A stretch of DNA of 64,000 nt from contig JBJEFI010000060.1 of NCBI GenBank assembly GCA_051873875.1, forward strand, positions 2,471 through 66,470, in the 5' to 3' direction. This DNA comes from Bacillaceae bacterium (GTDB lineage: Bacteria > Bacillota > Bacilli > Bacillales > Bacillaceae_G). A model generated the notes under the pieces. The model ran no database searches. It worked only from the letters and a program-made list of their open reading frames with translations, and was not told the DNA's origin. The position numbers and the translations under genes were made by a program. Positions 1 to 10,779 of this stretch are shown here, piece after piece (positions within the stretch are counted from its first letter, which is position 1; every line of letters starts with the position of its first letter).

Positions 1-355
1 TGCCCTTGAGCATTTCATTAACCGTCATTTCTTCACCAGGCTCTAAGAAAATTTGGGAACCTCCCATAGATGCGGCATATTCACTTGCTCGAATCTTATC
101 TGTATATTTTAATTTGCCCGTCTTAATCTGCTCCATAATTAAAAGCATTGTTACAATCTTTGTCATACTGGCTGGTGGTAATTTTTGATTGGCATTTTTT
201 TCGTATAATACTTTACCTGTATCTTGTTCAATGACAATAGCTGAGTTTGCACTTGGCGCCAATTTAGGAGCTACTTTTACTTCAGATGCATAAACCAAAT
301 TTGTACTAAATAAAAACGTACCTAGTACCATTAGCGATGTTAGTCGTTTTAACAT
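1..355 (-). CDS. dacF: D-alanyl-D-alanine carboxypeptidase (sporulation PBP, DacF-like), N-terminal part; the 3' end lies beyond the window start
   Basis: Not in the ORF track because it runs off the window. My translation from ATG at 355 gives MLKRLTSLMVLGTFLFSTNLVYASEVKVAPKLAPSANSAIVIEQDTGKVLYEKNANQKLPPASMTKIV... It has a signal peptide and an SxxK (SMTK) motif. An AGGAGGGG RBS sits just upstream (362-369). The track ORF 6..188(+) is antisense to it. Confidence 0.8.
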   Translation of the reverse strand, partial: MLKRLTSLMVLGTFLFSTNLVYASEVKVAPKLAPSANSAIVIEQDTGKVLYEKNANQKLPPASMTKIVTMLLIMEQIKTGKLKYTDKIRASEYAASMGGSQIFLEPGEEMTVNEMLKG

Positions 356-383
356 TCCATACCCCTCCTATTTTATTCCTTCC

Positions 384-413
384 TATTATTTCTAATAATT
401 CCATTGTTTATAC
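384..413 (-). promoter_or_regulatory. Candidate forespore (sigma-F/sigma-G type) promoter for dacF
   Basis: The minus strand reads GTATA-N15-AGAAATAATA, compared with GYATA-N15-GGnnAnAHTR (one mismatch in the -10). It lies about 30-55 nt upstream of the dacF start. This is a pattern match only. Confidence 0.3.
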
Positions 414-516
414 ACATCAAAAAGCACTCCAAGTAAAAATTCCCTAAGTATGTAAAAGCCTAGCTTTGAACTTTTACTAGAGCAAAATTTTTCAATCAGT
501 GCACCAATAATCAGAA

Positions 517-553
517 TATAAAAAAGGCGAATATACTCAATGGTATACTCGCC
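517..553 (-). terminator. Rho-independent terminator after pdp
   Basis: Arms GGCGAATATAC / GTATACTCGCC (one mismatch), followed on the minus strand by a U-run (A-run 516-525 on plus). Confidence 0.7.
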
Positions 554-565
554 TTCGAAACTTAT

Positions 566-1867
566 TTATTTAACAATATCATATACTAAAACAGGTTCTT
601 TACCTGCTTGTGCACTTAACTTAATATTTGCATATAACTTTTCTTTTACTGCATCGATTTGTTCTGTGTTGGCATGAATCGTTACAAGAGATTCCCCTTT
701 TTCTACATAATCGCCAACTTTTTTATTTAATATTAAACCAACAGCCAAATCAATTTCTGACTCTTTCGTTGCACGTCCTGCACCTAAAAGCATTGCTGCT
801 GTTCCAATTTGATCTGCAATAATTTCCGTTACATAACCGCTTTCTAAAGCTGGTAACTCCATTACATAAGTAGCTTTAGGTAATTTTTCTGGTTCATATA
901 CAACAGAACCATCTCCACCTTGTGAATCTAAAAATACCTTAAATTTTTCTAATGCTTTGCCATTATGCATAACTTCTACTAATTTTTCACGTGCTTCTTC
1001 TAAAGAAGAGGCTTTATTCGCTAAATAAACCATTTGACTACCTAATGTTAAGCATAATTCTTCTAAGTCCTTAGGTCCATGTCCTTTTAGTGTATCAATT
1101 GCTTCCTTGACTTCCAATGCATTCCCAATTGCTTTTCCTAATGGTTGACTCATATCAGAAATAACAGCCATCGTTTTACGGCCAACATTATTACCGATTT
1201 TAACCATTTCTTCTGCTAAACGTTTTGCATCATCAATATCTTTCATAAATGCACCATTGCCCGTTTTTACATCTAAAACAATCGCATCGGCACCGGCAGC
1301 AATTTTTTTACTCATAATTGAGCTTGCGATTAACGGAATTGAATTTACAGTTGCCGTTACATCACGTAGTGCGTATAATTTTTTATCAGCTGGTGTTAAA
1401 TCACCAGTTTGACCGATAACGGCAATTTTATTTTTATTTACTAAGTCGATGAATTGGTCGCTATCAATTTCCACGTGGAATCCTGCTACCGCTTCTAACT
1501 TATCAATCGTCCCGCCTGTATGCCCTAAACCACGTCCAGACATTTTTGCAACGGGAATGTCTAACGCTGCTACTAAAGGCCCTAATACAAGGGTCGTCGT
1601 ATCGCCAACACCACCTGTAGAATGTTTATCTACTTTAATTCCCTCAATATTACTTAAATCAATCGTATCACCTGAATGAACCATTGCCATTGTTAAACTA
1701 GCGCATTCTTGATCATCCATTCCTTTAAAATAAATCGCCATTGCTAACGCACTCATTTGATAGTCAGGAATTGTGCCTTCTGTATATCCATTAATAATAA
1801 AATCAATTTCTTCTTTTGTTAATGCATACCCATCACGCTTTTTTTCAATCAAATCTACCATTCTCAT
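566..1867 (-). CDS. pdp: Pyrimidine-nucleoside phosphorylase
   Basis: 433 aa. The N-terminus [13 protein letters not shown]..., the STGGVGD motif and full-length glycosyltransferase family 3 features are present. The RBS is AAGGAGGGG. Confidence 0.93.
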   Translation of the reverse strand: MRMVDLIEKKRDGYALTKEEIDFIINGYTEGTIPDYQMSALAMAIYFKGMDDQECASLTMAMVHSGDTIDLSNIEGIKVDKHSTGGVGDTTTLVLGPLVAALDIPVAKMSGRGLGHTGGTIDKLEAVAGFHVEIDSDQFIDLVNKNKIAVIGQTGDLTPADKKLYALRDVTATVNSIPLIASSIMSKKIAAGADAIVLDVKTGNGAFMKDIDDAKRLAEEMVKIGNNVGRKTMAVISDMSQPLGKAIGNALEVKEAIDTLKGHGPKDLEELCLTLGSQMVYLANKASSLEEAREKLVEVMHNGKALEKFKVFLDSQGGDGSVVYEPEKLPKATYVMELPALESGYVTEIIADQIGTAAMLLGAGRATKESEIDLAVGLILNKKVGDYVEKGESLVTIHANTEQIDAVKEKLYANIKLSAQAGKEPVLVYDIVK

Positions 1868-1886
1868 AGCAAATTCCCCTCCTTAT

Positions 1887-2705
1887 TTAAGCTAATTTTT
1901 TTACGATTTCTTTTACTAGTGATAAAAATTGAGTTTTTACTTTTTGTGTTGTTTCAATTACTTCCTCATGATCAAGGGGTTGATCTAAAATACCTGCTGC
2001 CATATTAGAAATACAAGAAATACCTAAAACAGACATTCCACTATGACGTGCTACCATTACTTCTGGTACAGTTGACATTCCAACTGCATCTCCACCAATA
2101 ATTCGAACCATACGAATTTCAGCAGGTGTTTCATATGTTGGACCACTCATTGCCACATATACACCTTCTTGAAGGGAAATTGATAATTCTTTTCCAACTT
2201 CTTTCGCCATTGCACGTAACTTCGGACAATACGCTTGTGACATATCTAAGAAACGAGGACCAACGGAAGCATCATTTTTCCCAATTAACGGATTATCTCC
2301 AATAAAATTAATATGATCTGAAATAATCATTAAATCTCCTGGTTCAAAAGCTGTATTTACACCACCAGCGGCATTTGTCACAATTAACGTCTCAACACCT
2401 AGTTCTTTCATTACACGAACAGGAAATGTTACCTTTTTCATATCATAGCCTTCATAGTAGTGGAAACGACCAGCCATTGCCACAACTTCTACACCATTTA
2501 AAGTTCCAAATACTAATGAGCCTGCATGCCCTTCTACTGTCGATACAGGGAAATCTGGAATCTCATGATAAGGAATTGTAATTGCATCTTGTATTTCATC
2601 CACTAATATCCCTAATCCTGACCCAAGAATTAAGCCAACGGCAGGCTTGTTCTTTACTCTCTCTTTTATGTATGTTGCACTATTTCGCACTTGATTCATC
2701 TTCAT
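1887..2705 (-). CDS. punA: Purine nucleoside phosphorylase (trimeric PNP family)
   Basis: Contains GLILGSGLG...HAGSLVFG...GRFHYYEGY motifs. The start is moved to ATG 2705 (MKMNQ) because AGGAGAG lies 8 nt upstream; the track start at 2714 is a GTG. Confidence 0.9.
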   Translation of the reverse strand: MKMNQVRNSATYIKERVKNKPAVGLILGSGLGILVDEIQDAITIPYHEIPDFPVSTVEGHAGSLVFGTLNGVEVVAMAGRFHYYEGYDMKKVTFPVRVMKELGVETLIVTNAAGGVNTAFEPGDLMIISDHINFIGDNPLIGKNDASVGPRFLDMSQAYCPKLRAMAKEVGKELSISLQEGVYVAMSGPTYETPAEIRMVRIIGGDAVGMSTVPEVMVARHSGMSVLGISCISNMAAGILDQPLDHEEVIETTQKVKTQFLSLVKEIVKKLA

Positions 2706-2732
2706 TTCGCACACTCTCCTACTAAAACTAAC

Positions 2733-3920
2733 TTACTTTAATTTATCTAAGAAACTCTTTCCATGTTTTGGAAGATCTACATGAAAATTATCTGCAACTG
2801 TTGCACCAACATCTGCGAATGTATCACATACAGGTAATTCTTTCATTTCTTTTAAACTTGGGCTATAAACTGTTAAAGGTACATATTCACGAGTATGATC
2901 TGTTCCATGATGAATTGGATCATTCCCATGATCTGCTGTAATAATTAATAAATCATCTTCTTTTAATTTTGCAAATACTTCTGGTAAACGTGCATCAAAT
3001 TCTTCTAACGCTTTTCCATATCCAATTGGATCACGACGATGACCAAATACAGCATCAAAATCAACTAAGTTTAAGAAATTTAATCCTGTAAAGTCTTTAT
3101 CCATTGATGCAATTAGTTGATCCATTCCATCCATATTTGAAACAGTGCGAATGCTTTCTGTCACGCCTTCCCCATCAAAAATATCTGAAATTTTACCAAG
3201 CGCAAGCACATCAAAACCTTTTTCTTTTAACTCATTCATAACAGTATGACCAAATGGTTTTAATGCATAGTCATGGCGATTTGGTGTACGCTTAAACTCC
3301 CCTGCTTTTTTACCAACGAACGGGCGAGCAATGATACGACCTAACATATATTTTCCTTCACGAGTCATTTCACGAGCAATCTTACAATAACGATATAAAT
3401 CATCTAGTGGAACAATATCTTCATGAGCTGCAATTTGTAGAACAGAGTCTGCTGATGTATAAACAATTAATTTCCCTGTCTTTACATGTTCTTCCCCTAA
3501 TTCATCTAAAATTGCTGTTCCAGAAGCTGGCTTATTACCAATAACTTCTTTGCCCCACTTTTCTTCTAATTCTTGAATTAATTCATCTGGAAAACCTTCT
3601 AAAAATACTTGAAATGGTTCATCAATACGAAGACCCATCATTTCCCAATGACCTGTCATTGTATCTTTCCCTGCCGATGCTTCTTGCATTTTTGTATAAT
3701 ATGCAAGTGGTTTTTCTACCTTGTTTACACCTTGGATATCTCCAATATTCCCAAGTCCTAGCTTTTCCATATTAGGCATATGTAATCCATTCATTTTTTC
3801 TGCAATATGCCCAAGTGTATGTGCACCTATATCATCATATTTAGCCGCATCCGGCATTTCACCTATTCCAACAGAGTCCATTACAATTACAAATACACGT
3901 TTAAAACGATAATTACTCAT
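2733..3920 (-). CDS. deoB: Phosphopentomutase
   Basis: Contains [17 protein letters not shown] and a C-terminal ADHGNDP motif. The start is moved to ATG 3920 (MSNYRFKR), which has a GGAGGA RBS and gives about 395 aa, typical for the family. Confidence 0.92.
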   Translation of the reverse strand: MSNYRFKRVFVIVMDSVGIGEMPDAAKYDDIGAHTLGHIAEKMNGLHMPNMEKLGLGNIGDIQGVNKVEKPLAYYTKMQEASAGKDTMTGHWEMMGLRIDEPFQVFLEGFPDELIQELEEKWGKEVIGNKPASGTAILDELGEEHVKTGKLIVYTSADSVLQIAAHEDIVPLDDLYRYCKIAREMTREGKYMLGRIIARPFVGKKAGEFKRTPNRHDYALKPFGHTVMNELKEKGFDVLALGKISDIFDGEGVTESIRTVSNMDGMDQLIASMDKDFTGLNFLNLVDFDAVFGHRRDPIGYGKALEEFDARLPEVFAKLKEDDLLIITADHGNDPIHHGTDHTREYVPLTVYSPSLKEMKELPVCDTFADVGATVADNFHVDLPKHGKSFLDKLK

Positions 3921-4081
3921 TTTTTTATCCTCCAATACATCTATGTATATATTCATATCTATTTTTTCCTAGTATGCTTTCTACTATGCTCATTACATAC
4001 AGTCAGATGTCCGACGTCCTAAGTATATAATTAATAAAAAAGCCTTTCAATATAATAATTACTGATTCTTCCTTTATTATA

Positions 4082-4137
4082 CAAAAAATTCATGAGAAAA
4101 GGGCTATTTGTTTAACCAATAACCTTTTCTCATGAAT
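4082..4137 (-). terminator. Rho-independent terminator after the lipoprotein gene
   Basis: 15-bp arms ATTCATGAGAAAAGG / CCTTTTCTCATGAAT with a U-run on the minus strand. Confidence 0.75.
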
Positions 4138-4524
4138 TTACTTTGTAACTTCAAATTCTACTTTAGGCATATTATGCAAATTTCTTGCTGTAACATGCGA
4201 AACAACAATATATGTACCTGTTTCATTTACTTTTTTCTTTAATTCGTATACGCCATCTCCAACCTTCACACCTTCAATCATTTCATGATCTTCTTGGCCT
4301 TTTTTCCAAAGCTCAAACATTACTTCTGAAGCATCGTCTACCTTTTCATCCCCCATTGTTACAATGGCTTGTACAGTAAACTCTTCATTGACTTTTACTG
4401 AAGTAGGATTAAATTTGACATCTACATTTAACATTTTAGGTTCTTCTAATTTTTTACTCTCTCCTTGGCTACATCCTGCTAGTAAAACAAAAAGAACAGC
4501 TACAATACTAATAACTTTCTTCAC
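4138..4524 (-). CDS. Small lipoprotein (YtkA/FixH-like beta-sandwich domain suspected)
   Basis: MKKVISIVAVLFVLLAGCSQ is a signal peptide with a lipobox (LAGC). The family call is only an impression from length and composition. Confidence 0.65.
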   Translation of the reverse strand: MKKVISIVAVLFVLLAGCSQGESKKLEEPKMLNVDVKFNPTSVKVNEEFTVQAIVTMGDEKVDDASEVMFELWKKGQEDHEMIEGVKVGDGVYELKKKVNETGTYIVVSHVTARNLHNMPKVEFEVTK

Positions 4525-4581
4525 TTTCTTTCCCCCTTTTTATGTCTATCTTTAGTATAAAGGAAAGAGCTTCTAATCACT

Positions 4582-4616
4582 AAAAAAACGATTGCTTTTT
4601 GAAACAATCGTTTTTC
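4582..4616 (-). terminator. Terminator after xerD
   Basis: AAAAACGATTG ... CAATCGTTTTT hairpin with flanking A- and T-runs. Confidence 0.7.
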
Positions 4617-4617
4617 T

Positions 4618-5544
4618 TTATGCTCTAGGATGAAATTGTTTATACACATCTTTCAATCTTGTTTTTGTTACATGTGTATATATTTGTGTGGTAGAAATAT
4701 CCGCATGCCCAAGCATTTCTTGAACGGCACGTAAATCTGCACCATTTTCTAATAAATGGGTAGCGAAAGAATGTCTCAATGTATGAGGTGTTAATTCTTT
4801 CTCAATTCCTGCCTCTTTCGTTAACCTTTTTAAAATTTTCCAAAAGCCTTGTCTTGTTAACCGATTGCCATGATGATTTAAAAATAATGCCTCTGTATGC
4901 TGTTTGCCTACTAATCGAGGACGACCATTAGCTATATAAGCTTCAATTGCTTCAGCTGCATGATGACCTAAAGGAACAATTCTCTCTTTGCTTCCCTTTC
5001 CGACAGTACGAACAAATCCCATGGATAAATGCACATCTGATAAATCCAGATTGATTAATTCAGATACACGTAATCCTGTTGCATATAATAGCTCTAACAT
5101 TGCTTTATCACGCATACCAAATGGTTTAGACACATCAGGAGCTTGTAAAAGTTTCTCTACTTCTCCAAGAGATAACACCTTTGGAAGCGTTCGCTCTCCT
5201 TGAGGGGTGTCTACTTCAACAGATGGGTCATGCTGTACACTGTGCACTTCTCGAATCAGGAAGCCATGAAATGCCCTAATCGACGCTAAGTGCCTTGCAA
5301 TTGTTTTTGTGGACTTGTTTTGTTCATTTAGCTTAGCCATAAAGCGAACTACTGTATAACGTGTAATTTCTTCAAAACTAGCTACTTTTTCTACCTCAAT
5401 TAAATAATCTGTATATGCTCTTAAGTCCCTTTCATAGGATTCAATTGTATTTTTTGCTAGTTTTTTTTCCACAAGAATGTAATGCTTAAAATCTTGTAAT
5501 GCTAATTTTAATTCTTTTTGGAATGCTTCCGTATCAATACTCAT
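4618..5544 (-). CDS. xerD: Site-specific tyrosine recombinase XerD (RipX)
   Basis: 308 aa. It has a phage-integrase SAM-like N-terminal domain and catalytic R...[12 protein letters not shown]...Y residues ([15 protein letters not shown]). Confidence 0.9.
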   Translation of the reverse strand: MSIDTEAFQKELKLALQDFKHYILVEKKLAKNTIESYERDLRAYTDYLIEVEKVASFEEITRYTVVRFMAKLNEQNKSTKTIARHLASIRAFHGFLIREVHSVQHDPSVEVDTPQGERTLPKVLSLGEVEKLLQAPDVSKPFGMRDKAMLELLYATGLRVSELINLDLSDVHLSMGFVRTVGKGSKERIVPLGHHAAEAIEAYIANGRPRLVGKQHTEALFLNHHGNRLTRQGFWKILKRLTKEAGIEKELTPHTLRHSFATHLLENGADLRAVQEMLGHADISTTQIYTHVTKTRLKDVYKQFHPRA

Positions 5545-5546
5545 AC

Positions 5547-5765
5547 CTACTCCCCATTTTCATAAAAATAAATCATTCGATCTATTAACATTGGTCTGTC
5601 TTTTGGAATATGTTGAACTTTCACAGCATCATCTGGTTGTTGATAACGACGATAATACTGATATTCTTCATTTATCCATAACAGTGTCACATAGAAAAGA
5701 ATTGTACATGTAATAAATACAATAAATACTTTTATCATTTCTACTATTGATTTCGCATAATTCAT
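5547..5765 (-). CDS. Small membrane protein, YqzK-like (DUF4227-type)
   Basis: 72 aa with one TM helix. It sits between xerD and fur, as yqzK does in B. subtilis. Confidence 0.6.
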   Translation of the reverse strand: MNYAKSIVEMIKVFIVFITCTILFYVTLLWINEEYQYYRRYQQPDDAVKVQHIPKDRPMLIDRMIYFYENGE

Positions 5766-5837
5766 TTTTGCCCCTCCTTACATACTACCTACTACAAGGA
5801 TATGCAGAAAAAGACAAGTCATATACATGTTATAGAA

Positions 5838-5872
5838 AGAAAAAACTCTTTTCGATACAATGAAAAGAGTTT
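5838..5872 (-). terminator. Terminator after fur
   Basis: AAACTCTTTT ... AAAAGAGTTT hairpin with a U-run on the minus strand. Confidence 0.7.
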
Positions 5873-5892
5873 CCTTACATGATTTGTATGTA

Positions 5893-6348
5893 TTATTTCG
5901 ATTGACACTTTTCACATACACCATGAAAAGTAAGACGATGATCCTTTACTTTAAAATGAAATCTCGATTCTACTATTTTTTCTACATCTTCTAATAAGTT
6001 TTCCTGAATTTCTGCGACTGAACCACATTCTACACAAATTAAATGATGATGAAAGCGTTCTACTCCTTCTCCCCGTAAATCATAACGAGACACGCCATCA
6101 CCAAAATTGATTTTATCTACAACTTTTAATTCCGACAACAATTCTAACGTTCGATACACTGTTGCTAATCCAATTTCTGGCGACTTATCTTTTACGAGGA
6201 GGTATACATCTTCTGCACTTAAATGGTCTTGTTCATTCTCTAACAAAACACGAACAGTAGCCTCACGCTGTGGTGTTAGCTTATACGTTGCTGCATGTAG
6301 TTGTCTTTTTATCCGCTCAATTCTAACTTCTATTTCAGCTTGTTCCAT
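5893..6348 (-). CDS. fur: Ferric uptake regulator
   Basis: 151 aa with a winged helix (ATVYRTLELL), an HHHLIC motif and CxxC pairs (CVECG, CEKC). Confidence 0.9.
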   Translation of the reverse strand: MEQAEIEVRIERIKRQLHAATYKLTPQREATVRVLLENEQDHLSAEDVYLLVKDKSPEIGLATVYRTLELLSELKVVDKINFGDGVSRYDLRGEGVERFHHHLICVECGSVAEIQENLLEDVEKIVESRFHFKVKDHRLTFHGVCEKCQSK

Positions 6349-6419
6349 TTGCCCTTCACTCCTCTCACGCCATTCCTAAATAATTATAACAAAAGTATAG
6401 CAACTGTCAAAGGGTATTC

Positions 6420-7067
6420 TCATTGATAGAAAGAAAGAATTCGTTCCATTAATATCGGTGAAAGGTATACTTCTACAACAGTTGGTAAAAGTATGACACA
6501 AGCAATCATAACAAAGACCCCTGTATATGGTAATAATCCGACTTTCATTTTGCTGTACTTATGCTTTCCAAATAACTGTTTAATTAATTTAATAGAAAAA
6601 GAAATCGCTATACTACTAATCACAATCAGCAATGGTACAATTATTAAATTTTGTGGCAAAATACTTACAATTGCTAAATAAAATCCTTTTAACCCTAACT
6701 GATTCACAAAAAAACCAACTGTAAATCCAATTAAAACACCCTTTAAAAATACCAATATAAAAATAAGCGGTAATCCAACCATTGAAATACCCAGTACCCA
6801 AATAAAAATCATATATTTAAGATGAGAAGTATATGCGTCAAAAAATACCCCTTCTCCCCCAGATTGATTATCATTTATTTGACTTAAAAATTGATCCACA
6901 TAAAAAAGTAAGTCTTGCTTCTGCTCAACATGTAAACTATTTACAACAATTGCTCCAAAGATAACACCAATTAATAGCAATACACTAACAAAGGTATACA
7001 TACTTATATGTTGTTTTACATGTTCACTAATCAACGCTTGTACATTTTTAACTCTACTTTTTTTCAT
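6420..7067 (-). CDS. spoIIM: Stage II sporulation protein M
   Basis: Polytopic membrane protein at the syntenic position after fur. The start is moved to ATG 7067 (MKKSRV), which has AGGAGG 7 nt upstream. Confidence 0.85.
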   Translation of the reverse strand: MKKSRVKNVQALISEHVKQHISMYTFVSVLLLIGVIFGAIVVNSLHVEQKQDLLFYVDQFLSQINDNQSGGEGVFFDAYTSHLKYMIFIWVLGISMVGLPLIFILVFLKGVLIGFTVGFFVNQLGLKGFYLAIVSILPQNLIIVPLLIVISSIAISFSIKLIKQLFGKHKYSKMKVGLLPYTGVFVMIACVILLPTVVEVYLSPILMERILSFYQ

Positions 7068-7171
7068 TCTATTTCCTCCTACAATCGACCTCATTTACTA
7101 GATTATATTGCTAGGCATTGTATGATATGCTATTAAAAAGAAGGCAGTTAGTATAAAAAGGAGGCATTAAA

Positions 7172-8071
7172 ATGAATTATCGACAACTTGGTCAATCGGA
7201 TTTACACGTTAGTGAAATTGGATTAGGGACAATGACAATTGGAACAGATTATAATAAAGGAATTTCTATTATCCATGCAGCACTAGATAATGGTATTAAT
7301 TTTGTTGATACAGCTGATTTATATGATTTCGGATTAAACGAAGAAATTGTTGGAAGTGCCATCAAATCAAAAAGAAATGATTTAATTATTGGAACAAAGG
7401 GAGGAAATGATTGGTCTAATCAAACAGATGGCTGGCGTTGGAACCCTTCTAAAACATACATTAAAGAAGCCGTTAAAAATAGCTTACGACGATTACAAAT
7501 AGAGTATATTGATTTATATCAATTACATGGAGGAACGATTGAAGATAACATCGACGAAACAATCGACGCATTTGAAGAATTAGTATCCGAAGGTGTTATT
7601 CGCTATTATGGTATCTCCTCCATTCGCCCAAATGTAATTGCTCAATATATAGCAAAATCCAACATTGTTAGCATTATGATGCCATATAATATCCTTGATC
7701 GACGAGCAGAAGAATTTTTCGATTTATTATATAAAAAAAATATATCTGTATTAACCCGCGGAACGTTAGCAAAGGGACTATTAACAGATGCCTATTCTTC
7801 AAAACTAACGAAAGACTACCTTTCCTATTCACTTGAAGAATTACATCAGCTACTTCCTCATTTATTAGCATCAGAAAAAAATATATCTTTAACTAGCTTA
7901 GCATTACAATTTAACTTACAACATCCCGTAGTAGCTTCTGCTATCGTTGGAGCTAGTAGTGTAACTCAACTAGAGAATACAATAAAATGTTATCAGCGCC
8001 ATGTAAATGATGAAATAATCAAAAACATTAATAAACATACAAAAAAAGAAATATTTACCCATCATAGGTAA
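7172..8071 (+). CDS. Aldo/keto reductase (YqkF-like)
   Basis: 299 aa with GLGTM...DTADLY...LHGG AKR signatures and an AAGGAGG RBS. Confidence 0.88.
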   Translation: MNYRQLGQSDLHVSEIGLGTMTIGTDYNKGISIIHAALDNGINFVDTADLYDFGLNEEIVGSAIKSKRNDLIIGTKGGNDWSNQTDGWRWNPSKTYIKEAVKNSLRRLQIEYIDLYQLHGGTIEDNIDETIDAFEELVSEGVIRYYGISSIRPNVIAQYIAKSNIVSIMMPYNILDRRAEEFFDLLYKKNISVLTRGTLAKGLLTDAYSSKLTKDYLSYSLEELHQLLPHLLASEKNISLTSLALQFNLQHPVVASAIVGASSVTQLENTIKCYQRHVNDEIIKNINKHTKKEIFTHHR

Positions 8072-8099
8072 TATTTCGAAAATAAAAACTTTTTTTAGT

Positions 8100-8318
8100 A
8101 TGATAAAATTATCACAATATAGGTATAGAAGAAAAAACATGTATAAGGCACAAATTAAAACACTCGACAATGATTCACTACGTGTAACGGGAAACTCAAA
8201 AGTTGTTGATGCACAAGGAAATAAATTTGTAAAAGGGAAACTTTTCTTTATGATAATGTGGATTATTATGGGAAAAACATATCTCACAAAAACCATTTTC
8301 ATAACGTTATACGAGTGA
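8100..8318 (+). CDS. Doubtful small ORF (hypothetical)
   Basis: 72-aa track ORF. An internal ATG at 8139 (MYKAQIKTLDNDSLRVTG...) has only a weak purine-rich RBS. The C-terminal half is hydrophobic. No family was recognised. Confidence 0.25.
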   Translation: MIKLSQYRYRRKNMYKAQIKTLDNDSLRVTGNSKVVDAQGNKFVKGKLFFMIMWIIMGKTYLTKTIFITLYE

Positions 8319-8492
8319 CAGAATAGCAAAATAGTGTTACTTTTATTTTTTGTGTTGTTAAAACTTCATTTTTTTATTATACTTAAATAGTGTTCTAGTG
8401 AGTTTAATTGCTAGTGCACTATTTTTTTATTTTTTAATACTTATGTGTATTCTTAAATTTATATACAAAAAATAAAAAAAGGAAGTGACTCT

Positions 8493-9935
8493 ATGACAGA
8501 ATTATTATCAAACATTGTCGACAAAACAAACGTATTTCTATGGTCTTATTTACTAATTGTCTTACTAATTGGGGCAGGATTATACTTTAGTATCAAAACA
8601 GACTTCGTGCAAATTCGCTATTTAAAAGAAATGTTTAAACTACTAGGTGAAGGTGCTAGTAAAAAAGGTGATAAAAAAGGGGTAAGTTCTTTCCAAGCCT
8701 TTACAATGAGCACAGCATCTCGCGTTGGTACTGGTAACTTGTCTGGTGTTGCAACAGCGATTGTAATGGGGGGACCTGGTGCAGTCTTTTGGATGTGGTT
8801 AATTGCATTACTAGGTTCTGCATCTGGTTTTATCGAAAGTACACTTGCTCAAATTTATAAAATAAAAAAAGGGGACACATTCCGCGGTGGACCTGCTTAT
8901 TATATTGAAAAAGGATTAAAACAACGTTGGTTAGGAGTTGTTTTTGCAATCTTAATTACCGTTGCATTCGGACTTGTTTTCAACTCTGTTCAAGCTAATA
9001 CAATTGGTGCTGCTTTTAACAATGCATTCAATACTCCAACAAGTGTAATGGGTATTATTTTAGTTGCTTTATTAGCTTTATGTATTTTTGGTGGTGTAAA
9101 ACGATTAGCGAAAATCACTGAGGTAATCGTTCCAATTATGGCAGTTATTTATTTAGTTATAGCCGTAGTTGTCATTGCATTAAACATCACTGCTCTTCCT
9201 GGCATTATTGCTTCTATCGTAAAAGGCGCATTCGGTGTTCAACAAGTACTAGGTGGTGCCCTAGGTGCTGCTGTCATGCAAGGAATTAAACGTGGATTGT
9301 TCTCTAATGAAGCTGGTATGGGATCGGCGCCAAATGCTGCTGCTACAGCTACAGTTAGTCATCCTGTTAAACAAGGTTTAATTCAAACATTAGGTGTATT
9401 CACAGATACATTAATTATTTGTACAGCAACTGCATTTATTGTTTTAATTGCAGGTACTGCTTATGATCCAACTTCAACAGTTAGTGGTATCATTGTGACA
9501 CAAAATGCATTAGCAAGCTCTTTAGGAAGTTGGGCTCCTGCCTTTGTTGCAATTGCTTTATTCTTATTTGCATTTAGTTCATTACTTGGTAACTACTACT
9601 ATGGTGAAACAAACATTCAATTTATTAAAGGAAATAAAGTTTGGTTAAATGTATACCGATTTGCTGTATTAGGAATGGTGTTATTCGGTACAATTTCACC
9701 ATTTATCTTTGTATGGAACTTAGCTGATTTATTTATGGGCTTCATGGCAATCGTAAATATTTATGCTATTTATCGTCTTTCCCCAATTGCCATCGCTGCC
9801 TTAAAAGATTATGCAGTTCAAAAGAAAGCTGGGCTTGATCCTCAATTTTATCGCGATACAATTGAAGGAATCGAAGATGACATTGAAGCATGGCCATATC
9901 GTGATGATGTAGAGGAAGAAGAATTAGCTTCATAA
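8493..9935 (+). CDS. Alanine/glycine:cation symporter (AGCS family amino-acid carrier)
   Basis: 480 aa, polytopic, with the NEAGMGSAP motif and an AAGGAAG RBS. Confidence 0.9.
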   Translation: MTELLSNIVDKTNVFLWSYLLIVLLIGAGLYFSIKTDFVQIRYLKEMFKLLGEGASKKGDKKGVSSFQAFTMSTASRVGTGNLSGVATAIVMGGPGAVFWMWLIALLGSASGFIESTLAQIYKIKKGDTFRGGPAYYIEKGLKQRWLGVVFAILITVAFGLVFNSVQANTIGAAFNNAFNTPTSVMGIILVALLALCIFGGVKRLAKITEVIVPIMAVIYLVIAVVVIALNITALPGIIASIVKGAFGVQQVLGGALGAAVMQGIKRGLFSNEAGMGSAPNAAATATVSHPVKQGLIQTLGVFTDTLIICTATAFIVLIAGTAYDPTSTVSGIIVTQNALASSLGSWAPAFVAIALFLFAFSSLLGNYYYGETNIQFIKGNKVWLNVYRFAVLGMVLFGTISPFIFVWNLADLFMGFMAIVNIYAIYRLSPIAIAALKDYAVQKKAGLDPQFYRDTIEGIEDDIEAWPYRDDVEEEELAS

Positions 9936-9949
9936 TTATATGATTCCCC

Positions 9950-9985
9950 AAAAAAACTAGATACACAAGTGGTATCTAGTTTTTA
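9950..9985. terminator. Bidirectional terminator shared by the convergent AGCS and SDR genes
   Basis: AAAAACTAGATA ... TATCTAGTTTTT. It overlaps the SDR stop codon. Confidence 0.75.
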
Positions 9986-10768
9986 TTTGCTATTTAATGC
10001 TTTTTTACCTACCTTTTCAAATAACTTAGGTGCAATTGCATAAAAAATAGCACCTAGTGAAAAATATTTAGGAATATTTACTTCTCGAACATTTTTCCCC
10101 ATTGTTGCTACAATTTTTTCTGCAACTTTATCACGTTCTAGCATGAATGTACCAGCATTTTTTTCATAATTACCAGTTGTATCTGCTTTCTTTAGAAAAG
10201 CTGTTTTTACAGGACCTGGATTAATTGTTGTGACAGTTACACCCGTCCTATCTAGTTCTAAACGCAAGGCATTTGTTAATCCTAATACGGCATGTTTCGT
10301 TGCTGCATAAATACTAGATTTTGGTGTAGCTACTTTTCCTGCCATTGAACCAACTTGAATAACTTGTCCTCTTTTTTCTTGAATCATAGCCGGTAAAACC
10401 GCTTGTGTACAATACATCAACCCAAAAACATTTACATCAAACATCGCTTGTGCATCTTCAACTGTTGTTTGTGTAAATGATTTAAAAAAACCTATCCCTG
10501 CATTATTTACTAACACATCGATAAATCCTATTTCATTGTAAATTCGTGAAAAAGTGGCTTTTACTTCATTTTCATTTTTTACATCTAACAAATAATAATA
10601 ACAACGACTTCCTAGCCGTTCTTTCAATGCAATTAACGCATTCTCGCTTCTTGCTAATAATATAACAATACCACCTTCTTGATGAACACGAATTGCTACT
10701 TGTTCTCCAATACCACTAGATGCACCTGTAATAACAACCACTTTATTTTCTAACCATTTCTTACCCAA
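9983..10768 (-). CDS. Short-chain dehydrogenase/reductase (YqjQ-like)
   Basis: TGASSGIG cofactor motif and YAATKHAV catalytic motif. Confidence 0.88.
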   Translation of the reverse strand: MGKKWLENKVVVITGASSGIGEQVAIRVHQEGGIVILLARSENALIALKERLGSRCYYYLLDVKNENEVKATFSRIYNEIGFIDVLVNNAGIGFFKSFTQTTVEDAQAMFDVNVFGLMYCTQAVLPAMIQEKRGQVIQVGSMAGKVATPKSSIYAATKHAVLGLTNALRLELDRTGVTVTTINPGPVKTAFLKKADTTGNYEKNAGTFMLERDKVAEKIVATMGKNVREVNIPKYFSLGAIFYAIAPKLFEKVGKKALNSK

Positions 10769-10779
10769 AAGCTTCGCCT

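Noticed and set aside
6-188. 60-aa plus-strand ORF at the window start
   Set aside because: It lies antisense to the clearly recognisable DacF-like coding sequence (SxxK motif, signal peptide).
6377-6390. PerR/Fur-box-like TAAATAATTATAAC upstream of fur
   Set aside because: Only one half-site (ATTATAA) matches the 7-1-7 consensus and the other half is poor. This is too weak to call.
7970-8329. 119-aa minus-strand ORF overlapping the end of the AKR gene and the spacer
   Set aside because: It has extremely hydrophobic, AT-codon-driven composition, overlaps the 3' end of a solid CDS, and has no RBS.
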